From Elusimicrobiota bacterium (GTDB lineage Bacteria > Elusimicrobiota > Elusimicrobia > UBA1565 > UBA9628), in NCBI GenBank assembly GCA_016194705.1, contig JACQAZ010000015.1, positions 4,771 to 68,770 on the forward strand: a stretch of 64,000 nt of DNA. Reading direction: 5' to 3'. Numbering within the stretch: position 1 is the first letter of the stretch; each line of letters starts with the position of its first letter. Position numbers and translations under genes: made by a program. Of this stretch, positions 39,317 through 48,711 are shown piece by piece. The notes beneath the pieces were generated by a model. The model was not told the origin of the DNA, ran no database searches, and worked only from the letters and a program-made list of their open reading frames with translations.

Positions 39317-39784
39317 TTATTGCAGGCTGCGCAGGGCCGCGTAGAGTGCTATCCCGGCGGCGGTCGAGAGGTTCAATGAACGCGCCTGCGCCTCCATCGG
39401 GATGCGGTACAAACGGTCCTGATGGCGGCTCAGCAGGGCCTCGGGCAGACCCCCGGATTCCTTGCCGAAAACCAGGTAGCTGTTCTGGCGGTACGGGGCG
39501 TCCCAGAAGCACTTCTTCGCCGCGCCGGAAAAGAACAGCAGCGAGGCGCGCGGGGGGAGGCCCCTCTCGAAGGCCGCGAAGTCCTCGTGCCGGACGAGCT
39601 TGAGCTGCGGCCAATAATCCAGCCCCGAGCGCTTGAGCCGACGCTCGCTCAAAGAGAAGCCGAGCCGGCCGACCAGGTGTAGAGCGGCTCCCGCCGCGAC
39701 GCAGGTCCGGCCGATGTTGCCCGTGTTCCACGGGATCTCCGGCTCGACCAGCACGACGCTTAAGGGCACGCCTCTGTTTACCAT
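39317..39784 (-). CDS. trmL: tRNA (cytidine/uridine-2'-O)-methyltransferase, SpoU family
   Basis: 155 aa. SPOUT motifs EPEIPWNTGNIGRTC and LVFGKESGGLP. Confidence 0.85.
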   Translation of the reverse strand: MVNRGVPLSVVLVEPEIPWNTGNIGRTCVAAGAALHLVGRLGFSLSERRLKRSGLDYWPQLKLVRHEDFAAFERGLPPRASLLFFSGAAKKCFWDAPYRQNSYLVFGKESGGLPEALLSRHQDRLYRIPMEAQARSLNLSTAAGIALYAALRSLQ

Positions 39785-39815
39785 AAATCGGGGAAACTGT
39801 TAAACTTTCCCTGCC

Positions 39816-41285
39816 GTGACAGACAAGAGACAACGCCAGCTCGAGGCCGACGCCAAGGACCTGCACCAGTTCGGCTACGCCCAGCAGCTCCTGCGCGACA
39901 TGGGAGGCTTCGCCAACTTCGCGGTCTCCTTCACGATCATCTCGATCCTCACGGGCGCGATCACGCTCTACGGCACGGGCCTCACCATGGGCGGGCCCTT
40001 GGTCAACGGACTGGGCTGGCCGCTCGTGACGGTCTTCACGATGCTCGTGGCCGCGTCTATGGCCGAGATCGCCTCGAAGATCCCGACGGCCGGCGCGATG
40101 TACCACTGGTCCTCTTTGCTCGGCGGGCCCGGCTGGGGCTGGTTCACGGCCTGGTTCAACCTCGTCGGCCAGGTCGCGACGACCGCCGGCATCGACTACG
40201 CGATCGCGCTCTTCATGGCCGACCTGGTGGGCCTGCAGGGCCAGACCGCGCTGCTGACGATCTACGCCTTGCTGCTGGTCAGCCACGGTCTGATCAACCA
40301 CTTCGGCGTCCGCCTCGTGGCCGCCTTCAACGATTTGAGCGTCTGGTACCACATCGCCGTCACCTTGGCTGTGGCTGTCGCCTTCTGGTTCTTCGCGCCG
40401 CGCCGGCCCTTGTCCTTCGCGTTCAAATCCGGCTTCACGACCACGCCGTATCCATACCCCTGGGCGTTTCTGCTGGGCCTTCTCCAGGCGCAATGGACTC
40501 TGACCGGCTACGACGCCTCGGCCCATATCACCGAGGAGACCATGGACCCGCGGCGCAACGCCTCGTGGGGCATGTTCAACGCCGTCTGGATCTCGGGCGT
40601 CTTCGGCTACCTCCTGGTCCTGGCCGTGACCTTGGCCATCCAGGACCTACCGGCCGCGGCCGCCGCGCCCAACCCCTTCATCTTTATCGCGCAGACGGCC
40701 CTGGGTCCCGCCTTCGGCAAGGGCCTGACCTGGGCCATCCTGCCCGCGATGTGGTTCTGCGGCCTGTCCTCGGTCACGACCAACGCGCGGATGATCTTCG
40801 CCTTCTCGCGCGACAAGGGCCTGCCCGGGCACGCGCGATGGGCGACCGTGGACCCGAAGCACCGCTCTCCGGTGGCGGCGGTGTGGCTCGCCGTGGCGCT
40901 GGCCTTCGGCGTCGCCGTCTACGCCAAGGGCTTCACCGTGATCACCTCGCTCTCGGTGATCGGGCTCTACGTCTCCTACGCGATCCCGATCGGGCTCGTC
41001 CTGCGCGCGCGCGCGCGCAAGGGCTGGAGAGACCTCGGGCCCTGGAACCTCGGCTCGTGGGGCGGCCTCGTCAACGGCGTTGCGGTGGCCTGGATCGCCT
41101 TCATCACCGTGCTCTTCGTCGCCCCGCCCAACGAGCTCACGGGCTACACCTTCGCCGGGCTTCTCGTCTTCCTGGCGGTCTATTACTTCGCCCGCGTACG
41201 CGGCAAGTTCAAGGGACCAAAGAAGATCGGCACCGAGGAAGAGCTCATGCGCATGGAGAAGGCCCTCGATAAGTCGTCCGCCTGA
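39816..41285 (+). CDS. Amino-acid/polyamine/organocation (APC) family permease
   Basis: 489 aa with ~12 TM helices and an APC-like layout. Confidence 0.8.
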   Translation: MTDKRQRQLEADAKDLHQFGYAQQLLRDMGGFANFAVSFTIISILTGAITLYGTGLTMGGPLVNGLGWPLVTVFTMLVAASMAEIASKIPTAGAMYHWSSLLGGPGWGWFTAWFNLVGQVATTAGIDYAIALFMADLVGLQGQTALLTIYALLLVSHGLINHFGVRLVAAFNDLSVWYHIAVTLAVAVAFWFFAPRRPLSFAFKSGFTTTPYPYPWAFLLGLLQAQWTLTGYDASAHITEETMDPRRNASWGMFNAVWISGVFGYLLVLAVTLAIQDLPAAAAAPNPFIFIAQTALGPAFGKGLTWAILPAMWFCGLSSVTTNARMIFAFSRDKGLPGHARWATVDPKHRSPVAAVWLAVALAFGVAVYAKGFTVITSLSVIGLYVSYAIPIGLVLRARARKGWRDLGPWNLGSWGGLVNGVAVAWIAFITVLFVAPPNELTGYTFAGLLVFLAVYYFARVRGKFKGPKKIGTEEELMRMEKALDKSSA

Positions 41286-41286
41286 C

Positions 41287-42063
41287 ATGAGCCTCGAACC
41301 GACGTTTCCGGAGCGGCGCGTCCTGCTGCGCTGCGCCCTTTCGTTTGTCGGCAAGTCCAGCCGCCTGATCCGCAGCAAGCTCGCCGCGGGCCCGCGCGTG
41401 CGCCTCAAGGACGACGGCAGCCCGGTCACCGACGCGGACTTGGCCGCGGAGCGCCTCCTGCGCCGTCTGATCGTTAGGCGCTTCCCTGATCACGGCATCC
41501 AGGGCGAGGAATTCCCCCCGGTCAGACCCCGGGCCGAATTCCAATGGTTCGTCGACCCGATCGACGGGACAATGAGCTTCACGCGCGAGATCCCGCTCTT
41601 CGGCACGATCGTCGCCCTGCATCATCTGGGAAGACCGCTCCTCGGCGTCATCGACCATCCCGCTCTGCAAGAGACAACGAGCGCGGCCGCGGGCCTGGGG
41701 GCCTTCCGCAACGGACGCAGGATCACCGTCTCCTCGGGTAACGCCTTGAAGAACGAGCTCGTCGCCGTCTGCTATCGCGACCAATTCCTGCGCTGCCGCA
41801 GGCAGGCCGCTTTCGACCGCCTGATGAGGTCGCACCCGAACGTGCGGACCTACGGAGACTGCTTCGGCCACATTTTGGCCGCCCGAGGCGCGGTCGGCGC
41901 GATGGTCGACGTCGACATCAATCCCTGGGACCTCGCCGCGACTCAAGTGATCATCGAAGAGGCCGGCGGCAAGTACGTAGTCCTCGCGCGGCGCGGCAAG
42001 CGCCGCGACATCCTCTTCGGCAAGCCCAAGGTCGTCGATCGGCTGCTGCCGATCCTCAAATGA
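41287..42063 (+). CDS. Inositol-monophosphatase-family phosphatase
   Basis: IMPase motif WFVDPIDGT plus downstream Asp motifs. Start MSLEPT is 2 nt after the permease stop. Confidence 0.75.
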   Translation: MSLEPTFPERRVLLRCALSFVGKSSRLIRSKLAAGPRVRLKDDGSPVTDADLAAERLLRRLIVRRFPDHGIQGEEFPPVRPRAEFQWFVDPIDGTMSFTREIPLFGTIVALHHLGRPLLGVIDHPALQETTSAAAGLGAFRNGRRITVSSGNALKNELVAVCYRDQFLRCRRQAAFDRLMRSHPNVRTYGDCFGHILAARGAVGAMVDVDINPWDLAATQVIIEEAGGKYVVLARRGKRRDILFGKPKVVDRLLPILK

Positions 42064-42959
42064 GGAACCCTCGGCTCGACGCCGCCATCGCCGATGTGCC
42101 CGGCTGGAGCAAGGAGCGGCTGAGGATCAACGTTCTCAAGGGCGGGCTCACGAACCGTAATTTCAAGATCGAGGCCGAGGACGGCGCATTCGTCCTCAAG
42201 CTGGACGGCAAGGAGACCGCGGTGCTGGGCATCGATCGGAAGAACGAGAACACCTGCGCCTCGATCGCCGCCGGCCTCGGCGTGGGTCCCCAGGTCTACC
42301 ATTACTTGCCGGCGGAACGCTCATTCGTCACCCGCTTCATCGAGGGCGAGCCCGTCTCGCCCCAGGCGGCCTCTCAGCCGGCCATGCTCAAGCGGATCGT
42401 GGCGTCTATCAAACGCGTGCACGAGGGCCCGGCCTTCCCGGGCCGGTTTTCGCCCTTCGAGACGGTCCGGCACTACCGCCGCGCCGCGTGGCTAAGGCGT
42501 GCGACTCCTCCCGAGGCGATCGACCTTGGGCTCATCGCGATGGGACGCATCGAGCAGATCCTGGGGCGGCGTCAAAACCCCAAGCCCTGCCACAACGACC
42601 TATTGGCGAGCAACTTCATCGACGACGGAAAGACCATCCGCATCGTCGACTGGGAGTACGCGGCGATGGGCGACCCCCTCTTCGATCTTGGGAATTTCGC
42701 CGTCAACCAGCAGCTCTCGGAGGACCGCTGCCGCCTGCTGCTGAAAGCCTATTTCGCCGAAGTCCGACCCGATGCCTTGGCGCGCCTTCAGCTTTATCGT
42801 CTCATGTCGGACCTGCGCGAAGCCCTCTGGGGTTTTCTCCAGTCGAGACTCTCCGACATAAAGTTCGATTTCGAGGACTACGGGATCAATCACCTCGACC
42901 GGTTCCTGCGCGGAGCGTCCGGCCCGCGCTTCGAGCGCTGGCTCAAGGAGGCGGCGTGA
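42060..42959 (+). CDS. Choline/ethanolamine-kinase / APH-family phosphotransferase
   Basis: Brenner-like motif HNDLLASNFI and the D-x-E motif IVDWEYA. 4-nt overlaps on both sides. Confidence 0.75.
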   Translation: MRNPRLDAAIADVPGWSKERLRINVLKGGLTNRNFKIEAEDGAFVLKLDGKETAVLGIDRKNENTCASIAAGLGVGPQVYHYLPAERSFVTRFIEGEPVSPQAASQPAMLKRIVASIKRVHEGPAFPGRFSPFETVRHYRRAAWLRRATPPEAIDLGLIAMGRIEQILGRRQNPKPCHNDLLASNFIDDGKTIRIVDWEYAAMGDPLFDLGNFAVNQQLSEDRCRLLLKAYFAEVRPDALARLQLYRLMSDLREALWGFLQSRLSDIKFDFEDYGINHLDRFLRGASGPRFERWLKEAA

Positions 42960-45394
42960 GCCGCAAGGCCCGCGTCGTCATCATCGGCTCCGGCATCGCG
43001 GGCTCGTCCATCGCCTATCACCTGGCCGAGCTCGGCTGGAAGGACATACTCGTGCTCGAGCAGGGCGAGCCGGTCTCGGGCACGACCTCGCACGCGCCGG
43101 GCCTGGTCGGGCAGCTGCGCTCATCCGCGTCGCTGACCAAGATGCTCATGTACAGCGTCGCGCTCTACAAGAAGCTGCGCTACAGAAGCGAGCCCGGCTT
43201 CTTCCCGGTCGGCAGCCTGAGGCTCGCCTCCTCGCACGAGCGCCTCTTGGAGCTCAAGCGCCAGGAGAGCTTCGCCAAGACCGTCGGTCTCGAGGCGCGG
43301 CTGCTGAGCGCCGCGGAGGCGGCGAAGATGTTCCCGTTGATGGAATCCGAAGGCGTTCACGGGGCGCTCTACCTGCCCGGCGACGGCTCGGCGCGCGCGG
43401 TCATACTCGCCCAAGCGCTCGCGCAGGCGGCCAAGGACAAGGGCGTCGAGTTCCTCCCCTACGCCAAAGTCGTTTCGTTCGATATTCGCGACGGCCGCGT
43501 CGTGGGACTCAGCACGCCGCAGGAGGACATCCTCTGCGACCTGGTCGTCGCGGCCTCGGGGATCTGGTCCGCGCAGCTCGGCCGCCTGGCGGGCGTGCGC
43601 ATTCCCTTGATCCCGATGCAGCACCAGTACGCCGCCACGGCCCCCCTGCCCGAGCTCAAGGCCTTGGGCGCCCACACCCTGCCGAACCTCCGCGATCCCG
43701 ACAACTTGGTCTATTTCCGCCAGGACGGCGAGGGCCTGGTGCTCGGCGGCTACGAGCGGGACCCCGCCCCGTTCTATCACGAACGCGTCCCGGAAGGAGC
43801 CAACCCCACGGTCCTCGACTATACGCCCGCGCGCTTCGAGAGCCTCTGGGAGGGCTGCCTCAAGAGAGTGCCGCTGCTCAAGGGCGCCTCGCTCGTCAAA
43901 AAGGTCAACGGTCTCGAGTCCTTCACGCCCGACGGGGAGTTCATCCTCGGCCCGGCGCCGGAGCTCAAGGGCTTCTGGGCCGCCTGCGGGTTCTGCGCCC
44001 ACGGCGTCTCGGGCTCCGGCGGGGTGGGCAAGATGCTCGCCGAATGGATCGTCGAGGGCGAGCCGACTCTCGATCTGTGGCATATGGACATCAGACGCTT
44101 CGGAGGCTACGTCTCCAAGACGGGCTACATCGCCGCCCGCGCCTGCGAGGTCTACGCGACGTATTACGACATCGCCTATCCCAACCGCGAGAAAGAGAGC
44201 CAGCGCAAGCTGCGCTTGAGCCCCATGTACGGCCAGCTGTCCGCGCTGGACTGCGTCTTCGGCGAGAAGTCGGGCTGGGAGCGGCCCAACTGGTTCGCCT
44301 CGAACGAGGCGCGCGCCGACGAGGGGACCTCTCCGGTGCCGCGCGGCTGGGCGGCGAAGAACTGGTCGCCCGCCATCGGCGCGGAGCACAAGGCCTGCCG
44401 CGAGGCCGTCGCCCTGTTCGACGAGTCCTCGTTCTCGAAGCTCGAGGTCTCCGGAGCGGGCGCGCTGGCCTTCCTCCAGCGCCTGACCGACAACCAGATG
44501 GACAAGCCCGAGGGCTCGGTCACCTACACCCAGATGCTCAACGAGCGCGGCGGCATCGAGTGCGACCTGACCGTGACGAGGCTGGGGAAGAATCGGTTCC
44601 GGCTGATTACGGGCACGGCCTTCGGCGTGCACGACACGGCGTGGCTGCTCAAGCACAAGCCGGCCGACGGCTCGGTCGGCGTCAAGGACCTGACCGACGA
44701 GCTCTGCTGCCTTGGGGTCTGGGGACCGCGGGCGCGGGAACTCCTCCAAGGGGTGAGCCCCGACGACGTCTCGAACGAGGGCTTCCCTTATCTGAGCGCT
44801 CGCGAGATCAAGGCCGCGGGGCTCGCGGTGTTCGCCGTGCGCGTGACCTACGTCGGCGAGCTCGGCTGGGAGCTCTACGCGCCGGCCAAGGAAGGCGGAA
44901 AGCTCTGGCAAGCGCTTTGGGAGGCGGGCAATCCTTTGGGCGCCGCCGCGGCGGGCTACCGCGCGATCGATTCCCTGCGCCTCGAGAAAGGCTACCGCTA
45001 CTGGAGCGCCGACATCCACTCGGAGTATAACCCGTACGAGGCCGGTCTGGGCTTCTGCGTAAAGCTCGACAAGGGCGACTTCATCGGCAAGCCCGCATTG
45101 GAGACATTCAAGGCGCGGGGCCTGACGCGCAAGCTGTGCTGCCTGACCCTAGACGACCCCGCCGCCGTGGCCTTGGGCGGGGAGGCGATCGCGCATGCGG
45201 GCCGCGTCGTCGGGCGCGTGACGAGCGCCGGCTACGGCTACACGCTGGGCAAGAGCATCGCTTACGGCTATCTGCCGATCGCGCACACCGAGCCCGGAAC
45301 CAAGCTCGAAGTCGAGCTCTTCGGCGAGAGGATTCCGGCCGTCGTGTGCAAAGAGCCGCTTTACGACCCGCGCAACGCGCGCATCAAGTCCTGA
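42956..45394 (+). CDS. Dimethylglycine oxidase/dehydrogenase-like FAD oxidoreductase fused to a GcvT (aminomethyltransferase) folate-binding domain
   Basis: GTG start. FAD motif VVIIGSGIAGSSIAYHL. C-terminal GcvT-like region (…VTYVGELGWELY…). 813 aa. Confidence 0.8.
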   Translation: MSRKARVVIIGSGIAGSSIAYHLAELGWKDILVLEQGEPVSGTTSHAPGLVGQLRSSASLTKMLMYSVALYKKLRYRSEPGFFPVGSLRLASSHERLLELKRQESFAKTVGLEARLLSAAEAAKMFPLMESEGVHGALYLPGDGSARAVILAQALAQAAKDKGVEFLPYAKVVSFDIRDGRVVGLSTPQEDILCDLVVAASGIWSAQLGRLAGVRIPLIPMQHQYAATAPLPELKALGAHTLPNLRDPDNLVYFRQDGEGLVLGGYERDPAPFYHERVPEGANPTVLDYTPARFESLWEGCLKRVPLLKGASLVKKVNGLESFTPDGEFILGPAPELKGFWAACGFCAHGVSGSGGVGKMLAEWIVEGEPTLDLWHMDIRRFGGYVSKTGYIAARACEVYATYYDIAYPNREKESQRKLRLSPMYGQLSALDCVFGEKSGWERPNWFASNEARADEGTSPVPRGWAAKNWSPAIGAEHKACREAVALFDESSFSKLEVSGAGALAFLQRLTDNQMDKPEGSVTYTQMLNERGGIECDLTVTRLGKNRFRLITGTAFGVHDTAWLLKHKPADGSVGVKDLTDELCCLGVWGPRARELLQGVSPDDVSNEGFPYLSAREIKAAGLAVFAVRVTYVGELGWELYAPAKEGGKLWQALWEAGNPLGAAAAGYRAIDSLRLEKGYRYWSADIHSEYNPYEAGLGFCVKLDKGDFIGKPALETFKARGLTRKLCCLTLDDPAAVALGGEAIAHAGRVVGRVTSAGYGYTLGKSIAYGYLPIAHTEPGTKLEVELFGERIPAVVCKEPLYDPRNARIKS

Positions 45395-45695
45395 GAACCG
45401 TCCGTCCCTTGAGCACCGCCGCGGTCCCCTTCTCGATCGTCTTGAGCCGCTTCTCCAGCTCCTGAAGCCGTTTCCCCTTTCCCCTATTTGCCTCAAACGC
45501 GAGGAGGATGTCCGCCGTCGCTTCCAGAGCGTCCTGCATGGCCGAGAATCGCCCTGGCTCGACGAGGACGGCCACCGGTCTTCCGTGCTTCTCGAGGTTG
45601 ACCGGGGTCTCGCGCAGCTGCGCGATGATCTGGTCCATGCGCGTGCGCAGCTCCGAGACGGCGGCGAAGGCCGCGGGGTGACGGACGATCTTCAT
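45384..45695 (-). CDS. Phd/YefM-family antitoxin (no cognate toxin adjacent)
   Basis: 103 aa. N-terminus MKIVRH…VSELRTRMDQIIAQL…HGRPVAVLVEP is typical of YefM/Phd. The 3' end overlaps the convergent oxidase gene by 11 nt. Confidence 0.65.
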   Translation of the reverse strand: MKIVRHPAAFAAVSELRTRMDQIIAQLRETPVNLEKHGRPVAVLVEPGRFSAMQDALEATADILLAFEANRGKGKRLQELEKRLKTIEKGTAAVLKGRTVLRT

Positions 45696-45723
45696 GCCGA
45701 GAGTGTAGCAGGTCCGGCTTATT

Positions 45724-45754
45724 TTGTCAATAATTTAGTCAATATAATTGACAA
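45724..45754. promoter_or_regulatory. Inverted-repeat operator TTGTCAAT-N14-ATTGACAA upstream of the Phd/YefM gene
   Basis: Perfect 8-bp arms, with an additional direct copy TAGTCAAT in the spacer. AT-rich, 29 nt upstream of the antitoxin start. Confidence 0.5.
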
Positions 45755-46117
45755 ATTATATCCCCACGAGACGGTCCCTCAAGATGAGAGGTAAAATAGA
45801 GGAAAATGAGACCAAAAAAAGACCATCGCAAGGCGGAGAGGAGAAATGGAAAAGGACCGGAGAATCCCGGTCCGTATTCCGCCGGAAAAAAGACCCAGTC
45901 CGGCTTCCGGAACGGCCGGCCGGGATTCAGCGGACGAAGAGATCGAAACTCCGGCCGCGCTGGAGACGAAAGCCGGATCAAACAAGGGATCGGCAAAAAG
46001 ACCATGAAAGAGCCCCCGCGCGCCGGAAGGCCCGGCTGCGCCCGGGACGGGACCGCTGTCAGGGCTGCGAGGCCCTGAATTCATCCGGAGCAGCCCGCTT
46101 TCCGGGTCTCCGCGAGG

Positions 46118-48346
46118 CTAGCGCCGCTTCTTGCCGCCGGAGCCGATCTTCAACTTGAAGGTGAAGGTCGAGCCCATCGGCTGGGCCGTGGCCAGCGAAT
46201 GCAGGAGGTCCAGCGCGACGCCTTGGCCGATCCAGGCCAGGAACAGGTAAAAATCCGGGCTGATGCCCGCGAAGGCCCCGTAGAAATGGTAAGCCGTCAT
46301 GGTCAGCGCCGCGGAGAGTCCCGCTCCGATGGTCTGCAGCCAATACCCCGTCTTGCCGTTGGAATTCATCCCGCGGAAGAAGTTGAAATGGTGCGCCAGG
46401 AAGAAGAAGGTCGCCACCGGAAAGTTCAGCGCGAATCCCGCGTAGGCGATGCCCGCTCCGACGAGACCCGGCACGAAATACGCCGTCGAGGCCGCCGTGC
46501 CCCCGGCCGTGTCCGCGAAGTAGGCGGCCATCAAGAGCCCAGCGAAGATCATCGCGACCGGGTGCGCCGTGAGCAGGCCCGCGGCGATCACGGCCGCGAT
46601 CGAACCTAGAGCCGCGAGCATTCCCAACGGACTGATCCCGCGCGCCTTCTTGGTCTTGAGGAACAGCCCCGCGACCCAGCCCACGCCGTAGAGCGCCGAG
46701 GCCAAAATGAAAGAACCTGTCAAGACTGCCAAGACAGGATGCGCCTGGGCATAAGGCGTCGCCTGGTCGACGAAGGACGCCAGGGACGCAGTCGAGGGCA
46801 GCGCAAACACGGCCAATGCAGGAGCCCTCGACCTCGCCGCAGACGGCGTCCTTCCCTCGAGCCGCTTGAGCGAGTCGATCGCGGCCGCGTTGGGGCCCTT
46901 GAGCCCCGCGAGCAGGTCCGCCGCGAACTTGTTGTGCATCCAGACGCTCAACTGGTCGAGGTGGGTGTCCATGCCGTGGAAGTCCGCGCCGTTGCCGACG
47001 AGGAGGTTGTACTTCTCTGCCCAGACCAGATACTTGGCCGCCCGCTCGTCGGCGGCCCGCTTGCCGTTGCCGGAGGTCGCGTGGCTCGGGCGGTAGACCT
47101 CGATGCCGTCCATGCCCGATTCAAGCATGGCCTCTACATTCTCGTCCTTCTGCGCGTCGGTCTTACCGCGCACGGTGTACGGGTGGTTGAGGAAGGCCTT
47201 GCCGCCGGCCGCGTGGATGGCCTCGACGACTTCGTCGGGCGTCGGGTCGGAGGGCACGCCGGGCGTGTTGAGGATGTCGCCTTGCAGGTAAGTCTTGAAG
47301 GCCTCGTCGACCTCGCTGATCAGGCCGCGTTTGAGCAAGGCGCGGGCGATGTGGGGAATCTCGATGGTCCCCCCCGCATCATGCTGGGAGAAGGCCTTGA
47401 CCTCGTCGATGGTCATCGAGATGCCCTTCTCTTTGAACTCGTCGAGCGCGTTGAGGTTGTCGATGATGCCTTGAGCCTTCTGGTGGCGCATGATGCGCAC
47501 GCGCTCCAAGAGGGCGACGAGCTTGGCGTTGGTGACGTCGACGTCGATGGCGTTGATGTGCGCGCCGCCCTTGGCGGTCATCTCGACGCCGGTGTGGAAC
47601 TCGATGGGGTCGGCCGGGTTGGCCGCGTTGAGCTCTTGAACCTTCTTCCAGGCGCGCAGGACGCCGGCGGAGGTGTCGTGGTCGGTCAGAGCGATCACGC
47701 GCGCGCCCTTCTTGTAGGCCGCCTCGATGACTGCCTCCGGGGTCATCGTCCCGTCGGAGTAGATGCTGTGCAGATGCAAAGTGATCCGCTCGGTCCAATC
47801 CCGTGGATTGCCTTCCCGCGCGGAGGGCACGTACTGCGCCAGCCGTCCCGGGATGCGGAAGGGAGCCAGGGCCAGCGGGGCCGGGATGCCGTCATGATGG
47901 TAGCTCTCGAAATGGGCGTAGGCCTGGTCCTCGTCGTCGTGATGGATGTGGACCACCGAGAGCTTCGGCGTCCCGTCGTAGATCTCGCTGACGGCCTCGC
48001 TGCCCAGGATGGAATCCTCGATCCCGATCGCGGGCAGGTTCAGCTCATCGGCCTGCTCGAGCCCCGCGCGCGCCTGAGGGCCTTGCCGACGCGGCGCTGG
48101 AGGCGCGAGGGCGCCTTCCCCCGGCGTCAAAGACGCTTCGGGCGCGGCGGGAACGGCTGGGATCGCGGCTTCAACGAGAGGGCTCAGCCCGGGCTGGACG
48201 GGGACCTGGGGCAGACCCTTGCCGGCTTCGACGGGCGCGACGAGAGGCTTGACTTCGCCCAGAGGCTTGACGACGTCTCCGCCGAGGGCGGGAACGCTCA
48301 GGAGGATCGAAAGCCAGAGGAAGGGGAGGCCAGATCTGTTTATCAT
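46118..48346 (-). CDS. PHP-domain phosphoesterase with signal peptide and C-terminal polytopic membrane domain
   Basis: Signal peptide MINRSGLPFLWLSILLSVPALG. PHP motifs HLHSIYSDG and ALTDHDTSAG. The C-terminal ~260 aa contains multiple TM helices. Confidence 0.7.
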   Translation of the reverse strand: MINRSGLPFLWLSILLSVPALGGDVVKPLGEVKPLVAPVEAGKGLPQVPVQPGLSPLVEAAIPAVPAAPEASLTPGEGALAPPAPRRQGPQARAGLEQADELNLPAIGIEDSILGSEAVSEIYDGTPKLSVVHIHHDDEDQAYAHFESYHHDGIPAPLALAPFRIPGRLAQYVPSAREGNPRDWTERITLHLHSIYSDGTMTPEAVIEAAYKKGARVIALTDHDTSAGVLRAWKKVQELNAANPADPIEFHTGVEMTAKGGAHINAIDVDVTNAKLVALLERVRIMRHQKAQGIIDNLNALDEFKEKGISMTIDEVKAFSQHDAGGTIEIPHIARALLKRGLISEVDEAFKTYLQGDILNTPGVPSDPTPDEVVEAIHAAGGKAFLNHPYTVRGKTDAQKDENVEAMLESGMDGIEVYRPSHATSGNGKRAADERAAKYLVWAEKYNLLVGNGADFHGMDTHLDQLSVWMHNKFAADLLAGLKGPNAAAIDSLKRLEGRTPSAARSRAPALAVFALPSTASLASFVDQATPYAQAHPVLAVLTGSFILASALYGVGWVAGLFLKTKKARGISPLGMLAALGSIAAVIAAGLLTAHPVAMIFAGLLMAAYFADTAGGTAASTAYFVPGLVGAGIAYAGFALNFPVATFFFLAHHFNFFRGMNSNGKTGYWLQTIGAGLSAALTMTAYHFYGAFAGISPDFYLFLAWIGQGVALDLLHSLATAQPMGSTFTFKLKIGSGGKKRR

Positions 48347-48711
48347 TGCAGAGATCGTACTCCCATTCGGAACGGCGACATAGGGTCAAAGGGCGCAATC
48401 GGGCGCGAGCATGAGGCCCATCGTTTTTGGGCCCTTCGGTTCCGCCGCTGACGCGCGCTGACAGAGGCGGGCTTGCCCGCACGGCTCCCGCGCGCCATCA
48501 TAGTAATGACTCCCGCCGAGGAGTCGGAGGTCCTGTGCACCATCACATCTTCTGGCGGCTGGTGATCGCGGTCTTCCTCGCCCTCAACGCGATCCTCGCG
48601 TTGCGCTCGCACGACTCGAGCAAGCCGGGCACGATCCTTGCCGGCGCGGTCTCGTTCTCTTCGAGCCGTTGAAAGCGGCCGGCGCCGCTATGGTATACTC
48701 GCATCAGTTCC

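Noticed and set aside
45696-46117. tmRNA or RNase P RNA in the low-GC island
   Set aside because: No tRNA-like T-arm (GGTTCGA/GGTTCAA) with a 3' acceptor, no RNase P P4 consensus, and no tag-peptide frame recognisable. Kept as an unassigned regulatory or ncRNA candidate instead.
45748-46158. 136-aa highly basic plus-strand ORF in the low-GC island
   Set aside because: Composition (K/R/E runs) follows from purine-rich DNA. No SD or homology. Not called as a CDS, but it cannot be excluded.
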